A stretch of 64,000 bases of DNA from Acidobacteriota bacterium (lineage in GTDB: Bacteria > Acidobacteriota > UBA6911 > RPQK01 > JAJDTT01): contig OZ253580.1 in the NCBI GenBank assembly GCA_965263035.1, forward strand, positions 224,001 through 288,000, given 5' to 3'. The translations under genes were made by a program, and so were the position numbers. This document shows positions 49,031 to 58,248 of the stretch, piece by piece. How positions within the stretch are numbered: position 1 is the stretch's first letter; each line of letters starts with the position of its first letter. The notes beneath the pieces were generated by a model. The model was not told where the DNA came from. It saw only the letters and a list, made by a program, of their open reading frames with translations, and did not search any database.

Positions 49031-49975
49031 ATGACCGAGCCCAAGAGCAGTTACGTCTGGTACAACGGAAAGCTGGTTCCGTGGGAGAAAGCGACTGTTC
49101 ACGTCATGTCTCACGCCCTTCACTACGGCACCTCCTGGTTCGAGGGGATCCGCTGCTATGAGACTCGCCGGGGACCCGAGATCTTCCAATTCAGGGAGCA
49201 CGTTCGGCGCCTCTTCAACTCATGCAAGATCTACCGGACCGACGTCCCCTTTACCCCGGCCGAGATCGAGAAGGCGATCCTGGAGACGATCCGGGCCAAC
49301 TCTCTGCGGCGATGCTACATCCGGCCCCTGATCTTCCGTGGCTACGGGGAATTGGGCGTCAACCCCCTCAAGAACCCCATCGACGTGGTCATCCTGGTCT
49401 GGGAATGGGGGCGCTATCTGGGAGAGGACGGCTTGGAACAGGGGGTCGACGTCTGCGTCTCCAGTTGGGCCAGGGCCGCTCCCAACACCTTTCCGACGCT
49501 GGCCAAAGTGGGTGGCAATTACATCAACAGCGCTCTGATCAACATGGAGGCCACCCTCAAGGGTTACGCCGAGGGCATCGCCCTCGACACGAACGGTCTG
49601 GTGAGCGAGGGAGCGGGAGAGAACATCTTCGTGATTCAGGACGGGAAGATATCGACGCCCCCGGTAGTCAGCGCCATCCTTCCGGGAATCACCCGGGGCA
49701 CCCTCATCACGCTGGCCCGGGAACGAGGTTACCCCGTCATCGAAGAGCAGATATCTCGCGAGCGCCTCTATATTGCCGACGAGGTCTTCCTGACCGGCAC
49801 GGCGGCCGAGGTCACTCCCGTCCGCTCCGTGGACGGCATCGCCGTGGGCCCGGGGAGACGGGGACCCATCACCAAGCGGATTCAGGAAGACTTCTTCGAC
49901 TACGTCCAAGGTAAGGTGGAGGATCGGCACGGCTGGATGACCAGCGTCTACCGGCAGGCTCACGCCGAAGCTTAG
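49031..49975 (+). CDS. ilvE: Branched-chain amino acid aminotransferase
   Basis: HALHYG...FEGIR, AKVGGNY.NS, EGAGENIF, ILPGITR and GTAAEVTP motifs. Confidence 0.95.
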   Translation: MTEPKSSYVWYNGKLVPWEKATVHVMSHALHYGTSWFEGIRCYETRRGPEIFQFREHVRRLFNSCKIYRTDVPFTPAEIEKAILETIRANSLRRCYIRPLIFRGYGELGVNPLKNPIDVVILVWEWGRYLGEDGLEQGVDVCVSSWARAAPNTFPTLAKVGGNYINSALINMEATLKGYAEGIALDTNGLVSEGAGENIFVIQDGKISTPPVVSAILPGITRGTLITLARERGYPVIEEQISRERLYIADEVFLTGTAAEVTPVRSVDGIAVGPGRRGPITKRIQEDFFDYVQGKVEDRHGWMTSVYRQAHAEA

Positions 49976-50092
49976 CCGGCGTTGCTCACCGGGGGCGCGG
50001 GGCTCCCACCCCGCACTCGGCGGGGGCAGAGTCATTCCCGAAACGCCTCTTCCGCTCCTCCGAACTGCCGCCGTCAACCTGAGATCAGAACC

Positions 50093-52735
50093 ATGAAGAC
50101 GTCCGTGGAAATCCGCAACACCTTTCTGGATTTCTTCCGGGAACAGGGCCATCGCGTGGTCAAGAGCAGTTCCCTGGTTCCGGGAGACGACCCGACGCTG
50201 CTCTTCACCAACGCCGGGATGAATCAGTTCAAGGAGGTCTTTCAGGGACTGGAACAGAGAGACTACAGGCGCGCCACCACCTGCCAGAAATGCATGCGGG
50301 TGAGCGGCAAGCACAACGATCTGGACACCGTGGGCCGAACGCCCCTGCACCATACCTTCTTCGAGATGATGGGGAACTTCTCGTTCGGAGACTACTTCAA
50401 GCGGGAAGCCGTCCGGTATGCCTGGGACCTGTGCACCGAGGTGTACGGGCTTGATCCCCAACGGCTCCACGCCACGGTCTACGAAGACGACGATGAGGCC
50501 TACGGCCTCTGGCGCGACTTCATCGGCGTTCCCCGAGAGCGGGTCTACCGGCTGGGCGAGGCGGACAACTTCTGGGCCATGGGAGACACCGGCCCCTGCG
50601 GTCCCTGCGCCGAGCTGCACTTCGACCTGGGGGTCAGTCCTCTGGGCCACCGGGACTGCAAGCTGGGATGCGAATGCGGCCGCTACGTGGAGATCTGGAA
50701 CCTGGTCTTCATGCAGTTCAACCGGGATTCGCAGGGCCGCACCGCTGCCCTGCCCTCTCCGTCCATCGATACGGGCATGGGTCTCGAGCGGATCACGGCC
50801 ATCCTTCAAGGCGTGACCAGCAACTACGACACCGATCTGTTTCAGCCTCTCATCCAGGAGGCCGAGCGCCTCACCGCGAGTACCTATGGGAACGACGAAC
50901 AGACGGACGTGAGCCTGCGCATTCTGGCCGACCACAGCCGTGCCTGCGCCTTCCTCATCGGGGACGGGGTCATTCCGGACAACGAGGGCCGCGGCTATGT
51001 GCTCAGAAAGATCTTGCGGCGCGCCACCCGCCACGGTCAGCTTTTGGGAAAGGAAGAGCCCTTTCTGTTCACTCTGTCCGCCCTGGCGGCCGATCTGATG
51101 AGCGAGCCCTATCCCGAGCTGGAGCCTCAACGGGAGTACCTGGCGCGGGTCGTGCGCCACGAGGAGGAAAAGTTCCGGGCCACGCTCAACCACGGAATGG
51201 GCCTGTTCGAAGAGATCGTGGCTCGGGTTCGGGAATCGGAAAGCGGAATGCTTCCGGGCGAGGATCTCTTCCGGCTCTATGACACCTTCGGGTTTCCCCT
51301 GGACCTGGCACGGGACCTGGCCCAGGAACGCTCTCTTGAGATCGACGAACAGGGTTTCTTCGCCGAGATGGAGAAGCAGCGCCAGCGGGCTCGCGCCAGT
51401 TGGAAAGGGGCGGGCAGGACCCTGCAGCCGGTGCACCAGGAGTTGATCGGACAGGGATACGAAACGGAGTTCACGGGATACGAGCAGTTGGAAGCCGTCT
51501 CGGGCTCGGTTCTGGCACTGGTTCGCAACCAGCGCCGGGTCCCGCACCTGGGACCCGGAGAAGAAGGCGAGGTGGTGCTGGACCGCAGTCCCTTCTATGC
51601 CGAAGCGGGAGGCCAGGTCGGAGACCAGGGGACCCTGGAGACCGACTCCGCTCGGTTTCGGATCCTGGACACTTACACTCCGGCCCAGGGGCTCCGCCTT
51701 TCCCGGGTCCGCGCGCAGCAGGGCGAACTCAAGTCGGGAGACGCCGTCCGCTCCAGCCTGGATCTCCTGCGGCGGAAAGCCACGGCCCGAAACCACACTT
51801 CGACCCACCTCATGCATGCCGCCCTGCGCCGAATCCTGGGAGTCCATGTCAAGCAGGCCGGATCCCTCGTAGCCCCGGACCGCCTCCGATTCGACTTCAC
51901 CCATTTCCGGCCGGTGACGCCGGAGGAGATTTCCCAGGTTGAGGATCTGGTCAATCAGGTAATCCGGCGCGACAGCGCTGTCGACACTCGTGTCCGGAGT
52001 CTGGATCAAGCTCTCGAGGAAGGCGCCACCGCCCTTTTCGGAGAGAAATATGAATCGCAGGTCCGGATGGTCTCCATTCCCGGCTTCAGCAAGGAGCTCT
52101 GCGGCGGCACCCACGTGGGAAGAACCGGTGAGATCGGGCTCTTCAAGATCACCAGCGAAGGAAGCGTCTCCGCCGGGGTGCGGAGAATCGAAGCTGTGAC
52201 CGGAGAGGTGGCGATGTCCCGTTACTCTCGGATGGACGCCATCGTCTCCGGCCTCTCCCGGCGGCTGAAGACTCCCATGGCGCACCTGGAAGAGGCGATC
52301 CGGAAATCCCTGGAGGACCTCAAGCAGTCCCAGAAGCAGGTCGACGCCCTACAGTTGAAGTTGGCCGGACAGAAGAGCCTGGATACCCTGGACCGGTCCC
52401 GCCGGGTCCGGGGAATTCGCGTGGTGGCGGAAGAGGTGGCGGATCTGGACCGGAGTTCGTTGCGCCAACTGGCGGATCAGCTCAAGAACCGGCTCAAGTC
52501 GGGGGTCGTGGTCCTGGGAACGCCCATTGACGGAAAGGTGAGCCTGATCGCCATGGTCAGCGACGACCTGACCGATCGGATCCAGGCCCATCAGCTGATC
52601 CGCAAGCTGGCCCGGTTGGTGGGAGGGGGCGGAGGCGGCAGGCCGGACATGGCCGAAGCCGGTGGCAGGGATCCCTCCCGGCTGGGGGAGGCCCTGGAGC
52701 AGACCTACCGGCTGGTGGAGGAGTCGCTGAACTGA
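50093..52735 (+). CDS. alaS: Alanine--tRNA ligase
   Basis: LLFTNAGM, HHTFFEM.GNFSFGDYFK, DTGMGLER, NHT.TH, ELCGGTH and C-Ala GGG.P. Confidence 0.98.
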   Translation: MKTSVEIRNTFLDFFREQGHRVVKSSSLVPGDDPTLLFTNAGMNQFKEVFQGLEQRDYRRATTCQKCMRVSGKHNDLDTVGRTPLHHTFFEMMGNFSFGDYFKREAVRYAWDLCTEVYGLDPQRLHATVYEDDDEAYGLWRDFIGVPRERVYRLGEADNFWAMGDTGPCGPCAELHFDLGVSPLGHRDCKLGCECGRYVEIWNLVFMQFNRDSQGRTAALPSPSIDTGMGLERITAILQGVTSNYDTDLFQPLIQEAERLTASTYGNDEQTDVSLRILADHSRACAFLIGDGVIPDNEGRGYVLRKILRRATRHGQLLGKEEPFLFTLSALAADLMSEPYPELEPQREYLARVVRHEEEKFRATLNHGMGLFEEIVARVRESESGMLPGEDLFRLYDTFGFPLDLARDLAQERSLEIDEQGFFAEMEKQRQRARASWKGAGRTLQPVHQELIGQGYETEFTGYEQLEAVSGSVLALVRNQRRVPHLGPGEEGEVVLDRSPFYAEAGGQVGDQGTLETDSARFRILDTYTPAQGLRLSRVRAQQGELKSGDAVRSSLDLLRRKATARNHTSTHLMHAALRRILGVHVKQAGSLVAPDRLRFDFTHFRPVTPEEISQVEDLVNQVIRRDSAVDTRVRSLDQALEEGATALFGEKYESQVRMVSIPGFSKELCGGTHVGRTGEIGLFKITSEGSVSAGVRRIEAVTGEVAMSRYSRMDAIVSGLSRRLKTPMAHLEEAIRKSLEDLKQSQKQVDALQLKLAGQKSLDTLDRSRRVRGIRVVAEEVADLDRSSLRQLADQLKNRLKSGVVVLGTPIDGKVSLIAMVSDDLTDRIQAHQLIRKLARLVGGGGGGRPDMAEAGGRDPSRLGEALEQTYRLVEESLN

Positions 52736-52747
52736 ACTTCGGGCTAA

Positions 52748-52908
52748 CAGTCCGTGGTGAAAGTCCCACGTAGCACCGAGACCGGGGCTGCGCCCGCCGG
52801 ACATGGCGCAACGGAGGGAGCATTCCGGGAGTATGTGACCGAGTCGAAACGCAGTCCGCGCACGATGCAGACCCGGTCGAATGCCGTGAGGACTTTTGCC
52901 ACGGGCTG
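52748..52908 (+). mobile_element. MITE-like element family A, copy A4 (most diverged)
   Basis: Same TIRs, 161 bp, flanks CTAA/TTAA. Compensatory changes in the inner stem. Confidence 0.85.
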
Positions 52909-53013
52909 TTAAACTGGCTGCGAGAAACTCGAATGGCAGCATCCGACCCAACGCATCGAATAATCCGAAAGTCGAATCGGCCATCCCGGCGGGCAGCGCA
53001 TCCTATCCGGAAA

Positions 53014-53640
53014 ATGATCGCATGTCTGCTGGTATTGCTGGTGGCGTCGCCCTCCCTGCTGGCGAACCGAATCCACAGCTATTGGAGAGAAGACGGTGTC
53101 CGCGTGCTCACCAACCTGGTCCCGGACCGGCCGGAACGGGACAGCCTGCGGATTCAGCCCGGCCAGGGGGCTGGACTCTATCGATCCGCGGTTCAGAAAA
53201 TCTCCCGGCGCTACGGCGTGGACATGGATCTGGTGAACGCCGTTATCCGCGTCGAAAGCAACTTCCGTCCGGAAGCGGTCTCTCCCAAGGGATGCCTGGG
53301 ACTGATGCAACTGCACCCCGATACGGCTCGCCGGTTCGGCGTCCGCGACGTGTTCGATCCGGTCCAGAACATCGAAGGGGGCGTTCGTTACCTGGAATTC
53401 CTCCTCGACTATTTCCAGGGCGATCTGGAACTGGCTCTGGCGGGATACAACGCGGGCGAGAACGCGGTGGTCCGTTACGGGGGGGTGCCTCCGTACCCGG
53501 AAACCATCGACTACGTGAACAAGGTCCGGCAAATCTACGGATTCGCCTCGCCCCAGGCCCCCGAGGACCGGATCCTGCGCGTGGTGCAACCCGGCGGACG
53601 GATCCTGCTCACCAATATCCCCCATTCGAACCCCTTTTGA
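53014..53640 (+). CDS. Lytic transglycosylase (SLT domain), exported
   Basis: AVIRVESNF, AVSPKG.LGLMQL, LALAGYNAG and VPPYPETIDYV motifs. Confidence 0.92.
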   Translation: MIACLLVLLVASPSLLANRIHSYWREDGVRVLTNLVPDRPERDSLRIQPGQGAGLYRSAVQKISRRYGVDMDLVNAVIRVESNFRPEAVSPKGCLGLMQLHPDTARRFGVRDVFDPVQNIEGGVRYLEFLLDYFQGDLELALAGYNAGENAVVRYGGVPPYPETIDYVNKVRQIYGFASPQAPEDRILRVVQPGGRILLTNIPHSNPF

Positions 53641-53800
53641 CAGTCCGTGGGGGAAGTCCCGCGAGCACCGAGACCGTTCCTGCGCCTGCCGGACAAGGCG
53701 CAACGGAGGGAGCATTCCGGGAGTATGTGAGCCGATAGCAACGCAGTCCGCGCACGATGCAGGGACGGTCGAATGCCGTGACGACTTTCGCCACGGGCTG
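53641..53800 (+). mobile_element. MITE-like element family A, copy A5
   Basis: 160 bp, abuts the SLT stop codon. Flanks TTGA/TCAA. Confidence 0.85.
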
Positions 53801-53900
53801 TCAACGCCGCGCGGCCACTCTCGCCGCTTCGAACTTGACAGCCGCAGTGTGTACAATTGCGGACGGTAACAGTCCACCCCGGGGCCAAAGGAGTGTGACT

Positions 53901-55535
53901 GTGTGGTTCCGATTTCGACTGCTGTCGGCGCTGTCGTTGGTGCTGTTTGGCGGCTCCCTGTTCGCGGGTCAGGATCGCGACCCCGCCGAAACGGCTTACG
54001 CCGAGGCCTTCCGGTTCGGACTCGAGCTGCTGGCCAAACCGGAGCCCCAGCGGACGATTCCCGATTACCGGAAAGCCGTCTCACTCTACCTCGGTGTCGT
54101 CGACCACGACCCATCCCCGGAGATCGCTGCGGATTCCCTCTACGCCGTCGCAACTCTTTACGACCGCATGGCCGATCGTGTGCCGCAGGCCGAATACCGT
54201 CAGGAAGCCATTCACGCCTACCGCCGCCTGGCCCGGGAGCACCCGCAGTCGCGCCATCGCCGCTCCGCCCTCGAACGGGCCGCCCAGTTGGAAACGGCGG
54301 CCCGCCGTCGGGCCCCGGTTCCCGAAAAGACGCCGCTGGCGGTGGTCTCCGAGATTCGATACCGCGCCAACGAGGACTACACCCGGGTCGTCATCCAACT
54401 GGACCAGGAAGTCGAGTTCGAGAAGCAGGTGCTCAAGTCACCCGACCGAATCTACTTCGACCTGGTGGGAACCCGACCGGGGCCCGAACTGAATGGACGC
54501 ACCATCAGTGTGGACGGGGTCTTCATCAAAAGGATCCGCGTCGCCCGGAACCGCCCGGAGGTCGTCCGCGTGGTCCTGGACTACCACAAGATCCGCGACC
54601 ACAGCGTGTTCGCCCTGTTCAATCCGTTCCGCATCGTCATCGATACCTACGGTCACGACTCCGGACGGAAGGCCAAGACGACCCGGGAGTTCAGTACGGC
54701 CCAGACGGCTCGTCCCATCCCGCCGCCCGCTCCAACTCGCAAAAAACCTCCGGAATCGCCACGCGCCGCCAAACGCGACCCGGAGGAAGACCTCACCCTA
54801 ACCCGGATGTTGGGACTGAAGGTCGGACGAGTCGTGGTGGACCCCGGGCATGGCGGGCATGACACGGGAGCCATCGGCCCCGGAGGGCTGCGGGAAAAGG
54901 ACCTGGTTCTGAGCATCGCCAGACTCCTGAAGCCATTGCTGGAAGAACGCCTGGGAACCCAGGTGATCCTGACTCGGGACGACGACCGTTTCATCCCCCT
55001 GGAAGAGCGCACGGCCATCGCCAACCAGCACAGAGCCGATCTCTTCATCTCGATTCACGGAAACTCCAGCCGCGGGAGACGAGCCACCGGGGCGGAGACC
55101 TTCTACCTGAATTTTGCCAAGACCGCCTCGGAACAGGACGTGGCCACCCGAGAGAACGCCGCGTCCCAGCGGACGGTGGGGGAGCTCGAAGACCTCCTGC
55201 GCCAGATCGCCAAGGGAGACTACAACACCGAGTCCCGCAAATTGGCCGGTGTGGTCCAGACCAGCCTGTTCTCAGGAATCAAGAAGCATCGCCGTCCCTT
55301 CCTGAACCGTGGCGTCAAGACCGCTCCCTTCATCGTGCTCATGGGAGCGAGCATGCCCAGCATCCTCACCGAGGTCGGGTTCATCAGCAATCCCGCCGAA
55401 GAGAAGTTTCTGACCACTTCCGAGAACCGCCAAAAGGTCGCCGAAGCCCTGTTCGAGGGTGTAAAACAGTACCTCCAGGACTTGGGAACCGCCGGTCCCG
55501 GGCAGGAGTTGGCCGAGGTGAGGAGCGAGAAGTGA
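53901..55535 (+). CDS. N-acetylmuramoyl-L-alanine amidase (TPR-like + AMIN + Amidase_3)
   Basis: YTRVVI...PDRIYFD (AMIN). VDPGHGG.D.GA, EK, FISIHGN and SILTEVGF.SN. GTG start after SD AAGGAG. Confidence 0.92.
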   Translation: MWFRFRLLSALSLVLFGGSLFAGQDRDPAETAYAEAFRFGLELLAKPEPQRTIPDYRKAVSLYLGVVDHDPSPEIAADSLYAVATLYDRMADRVPQAEYRQEAIHAYRRLAREHPQSRHRRSALERAAQLETAARRRAPVPEKTPLAVVSEIRYRANEDYTRVVIQLDQEVEFEKQVLKSPDRIYFDLVGTRPGPELNGRTISVDGVFIKRIRVARNRPEVVRVVLDYHKIRDHSVFALFNPFRIVIDTYGHDSGRKAKTTREFSTAQTARPIPPPAPTRKKPPESPRAAKRDPEEDLTLTRMLGLKVGRVVVDPGHGGHDTGAIGPGGLREKDLVLSIARLLKPLLEERLGTQVILTRDDDRFIPLEERTAIANQHRADLFISIHGNSSRGRRATGAETFYLNFAKTASEQDVATRENAASQRTVGELEDLLRQIAKGDYNTESRKLAGVVQTSLFSGIKKHRRPFLNRGVKTAPFIVLMGASMPSILTEVGFISNPAEEKFLTTSENRQKVAEALFEGVKQYLQDLGTAGPGQELAEVRSEK

Positions 55536-55554
55536 GAGAAGAGGGGATTGAGCG

Positions 55555-56691
55555 GTGAGAATTCCCTGGCTTTGTGTGCTCGTGTTCTCGGGATTCGTGG
55601 CTCCGCTCAATTCCCAGGAAGCGCCCGTGGGTGTTCAACGGTATTTGGAGGGGCTGTCCGAGTACCGATTCCGCTTGCTCGAGAAGTCCGCTGACCTGGA
55701 ACGGGGGGCCGGGGATTTTTCGCGGCCCCTGCTCGAGGAATACGCCCTTCAGTCCTATTCCCGCTGGCGCTTCCAGAAGCCGGGGGCTTCCTCCCTGGTG
55801 ATGGAAGTCTACGAGATGCTGCATCAGCAGGGCGCTTTCGGAATGTACCGCCTCGATTCGGTGCTGCGGCCCACAACCGGAGACCGGCTCGAGTTGCCCG
55901 TGGAGAACCGTTGCGGAGAAAGCGGTTGTATTTTCTGGCGGGGTCCCTTTCTGTTTCGTCTCACCGCCAAGCCGGGAGCCCAGGCCAGAGATCAGATCAA
56001 GGGCGCCGTGGCGGCTCTCGTGGAAGCGATCCCCATCGTCAACCTCCATCCCGTGACGGTGCTCCACCTGCCTCGCCAGGACCTGGTCACGGATTCCGTC
56101 GGCGTCTATCTGGGGCCGGCGGCCTTGGCCTACAACGATCGCTTCCCCGACCCGCTCATGGCCAAGATCGGCTTCCAGGACCGGGTCGAGATCGCCTTCG
56201 CGGACTATGGTCCAGACGGCGGCTCCCTGTTTCTGCTGGCCTACCCGACGCCGGCCCTGGCGGCCGACTACTTCCTCGAACTCCAGAACTCGCTGCATTC
56301 GTTCTTTTCTCCCGACGGCATCTACATCAAGCGGAGCGGCGTGCTGCTGGCCCTGTTTCAGGGAACGGAATCCCGGGCACAGGCGGTGTTGGGAGAGGTT
56401 CAATGGGCGCCGGCGGTGAAGTGGGTCCACGACCGGACCGTCGAAGTGAAACCATCGGACCAGGTCCGGAGTTTTCTGGACATGCTGATCCGCACGGCAC
56501 TGGCCACAGTCTGCTTCATCCTGGGCAGCCTCGGGTTCGGCTGTCTCCTCGGATACACCTGGTACCGGCTTGATGAACGCTTCCCGGTGTGGGGGACCAG
56601 GAATGACGCCATTCGATTGAACCTGTCGAGCGCCGCTCCCATGCCGGGCCGCGTCGAGAGGTCATACTGGAGCGGATTCGACAAGTCATGA
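55555..56691 (+). CDS. Conserved hypothetical membrane-anchored protein (DUF6599-like)
   Basis: Signal peptide, EVYEM...GAFG.Y, LFLLAYPTP.LA and a C-terminal TM segment. Operonic position. Confidence 0.65.
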   Translation: MRIPWLCVLVFSGFVAPLNSQEAPVGVQRYLEGLSEYRFRLLEKSADLERGAGDFSRPLLEEYALQSYSRWRFQKPGASSLVMEVYEMLHQQGAFGMYRLDSVLRPTTGDRLELPVENRCGESGCIFWRGPFLFRLTAKPGAQARDQIKGAVAALVEAIPIVNLHPVTVLHLPRQDLVTDSVGVYLGPAALAYNDRFPDPLMAKIGFQDRVEIAFADYGPDGGSLFLLAYPTPALAADYFLELQNSLHSFFSPDGIYIKRSGVLLALFQGTESRAQAVLGEVQWAPAVKWVHDRTVEVKPSDQVRSFLDMLIRTALATVCFILGSLGFGCLLGYTWYRLDERFPVWGTRNDAIRLNLSSAAPMPGRVERSYWSGFDKS

Positions 56692-58046
56692 CCGGCAGGA
56701 AGTCACTCCAGTTGGAGAGGGCCCTCGAGCTTGTCTACCGTTCGGCTCTGGCGGCGGTCGACCCCGGCCAGGTGGTTCGAGGCTCTTTGTCTCTGGACGA
56801 GGAAGCGCTTCACGTAGGCGACCGAACCTATCCGCTGAGGGAGTTCCGCAAGGTCTTTCTGGCCGGCGCCGGGAAGGCCGCCGTCCCCATGGCCGCTGCC
56901 GTCGAGCAGATCCTGGGAGATCGTCTGAGCCGAGGTCTGGTGGTGGTCAAGTACGGGCACGGCGGCGTCCTGGACAAAACCCGGGTGCTGGAGGCCGGAC
57001 ATCCCGAACCGGATGAGAACGGAGTTGCCGCCGCGTCGCAGATCCTGGAATTCCTGGACCGGAACCTGACGTCCCGCGACCTTCTCCTGGTGCTCATATC
57101 GGGGGGCGGCTCGGCCCTGACTCCCTGCCCGGTCCCGGGAATCACGCTGGCGGACAAGCAGGCGACGACCTCGGTCCTCTTGAACTCGGGCGCCACCATC
57201 CACGAGATCAACGCGATCCGGAAGCACCTGAGCCGCTTCAAGGGAGGCCGCCTGTTGCAGCACACCCACGGCGCCCAGGTCGTCTCCCTGCTCCTCTCCG
57301 ACGTGGTCGGGGACGACTTGAGCAGCATCGCCTCGGGACCCACCGTACCCGATCCCACCCGCTTCGAAGATTGTCTGGGAATCCTGAGACAGTACGGCAT
57401 CCAAACCGCGGTTCCCGATCCCGTGCTGCAGGTCCTTCAGGAAGGCGCCGGCGGTGGAGTTGACGCCCCCCGGGAGACGCTCAAGGAGAACCATCCAGCC
57501 TTCGCGAAGGTGCAGAACAGGGTGGTGGGAAGCAACATCCTGGCTCTGAAGGCGGCGGCAGCCGAAGCCGAGCGCCTGGGTTTCACGTCCCTGATTCTCT
57601 CCTCTTCCATCTACGGCAACACGGAGGACGTGGCCAAGGTCCACGTGGGCATCGCCCGGGAAGTTCTCCAGAGCGGTCTCCCGGTGGCCCCACCCTGCTG
57701 CATCATCTCCGGAGGCGAGACCACGGTCAGAGTCACCGGATCGGGCAAAGGGGGCAGGAACCAGGAATTCGCGCTCTGGTGTGCTCGGGAGATGGAGAGT
57801 TGGGGAGACGAGCCGGTTCTCATCTCCTCCATCGGTTCTGACGGCAACGATGGTCCCACCGACGCGGCTGGGGCCTCGGCTACTCCGGAGACCGCGCGAA
57901 GGTCCCGCTCACTGGGCCTCGATTTGGAGTCCTACCTGGGCGACAACGACTCCTACCACTATTTCGAGACGCTGGGCGACCTCATCATCACCGGCCCCAC
58001 CCAGACCAACGTGATGGACCTCCGGTTCATCCTGGTCGGTTCTTGA
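56688..58046 (+). CDS. Glycerate 2-kinase (MOFRL/GckA/TtuD type)
   Basis: GAGKAA.PM, AGHPEPD, LISGGGSAL, SDVVGD, GGETTV...GGRNQE and TGPTQTNVMD motifs. Confidence 0.93.
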   Translation: MTGRKSLQLERALELVYRSALAAVDPGQVVRGSLSLDEEALHVGDRTYPLREFRKVFLAGAGKAAVPMAAAVEQILGDRLSRGLVVVKYGHGGVLDKTRVLEAGHPEPDENGVAAASQILEFLDRNLTSRDLLLVLISGGGSALTPCPVPGITLADKQATTSVLLNSGATIHEINAIRKHLSRFKGGRLLQHTHGAQVVSLLLSDVVGDDLSSIASGPTVPDPTRFEDCLGILRQYGIQTAVPDPVLQVLQEGAGGGVDAPRETLKENHPAFAKVQNRVVGSNILALKAAAAEAERLGFTSLILSSSIYGNTEDVAKVHVGIAREVLQSGLPVAPPCCIISGGETTVRVTGSGKGGRNQEFALWCAREMESWGDEPVLISSIGSDGNDGPTDAAGASATPETARRSRSLGLDLESYLGDNDSYHYFETLGDLIITGPTQTNVMDLRFILVGS

Positions 58047-58064
58047 CCTCTCTCTTGGGAACCA

Positions 58065-58225
58065 AGGAAAGAGCAAAAAGGAAAGAAAGGCGCGTGGTTT
58101 ACGGGTAGCGGGCACCTCTACCGAAAACGATCTGGTTAAGGATTCTGGAGCCAGATTGGTTCGAAGGCTTGTTTCTTCCATGAATCCTCCGGAGCCCAGC
58201 CGGTGAGGGAGCTTTCCTCTTTCCT
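58065..58225. mobile_element. MITE-like element family B, copy B3 (internally deleted)
   Basis: Starts AGGAAAGAGCAAA, lacks the REP-containing left half, and retains the right half and right TIR. Confidence 0.75.
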
Positions 58226-58248
58226 GATTTCCTCTTTTCTCAATTTCA

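Noticed and set aside
49220-52285. Very long antisense or overlapping ORFs (also 13052-15223, 26590-28272, 28266-30419, 30629-32509)
   Set aside because: Shadow frames of well-supported genes in high-GC DNA, with no recognisable motifs.
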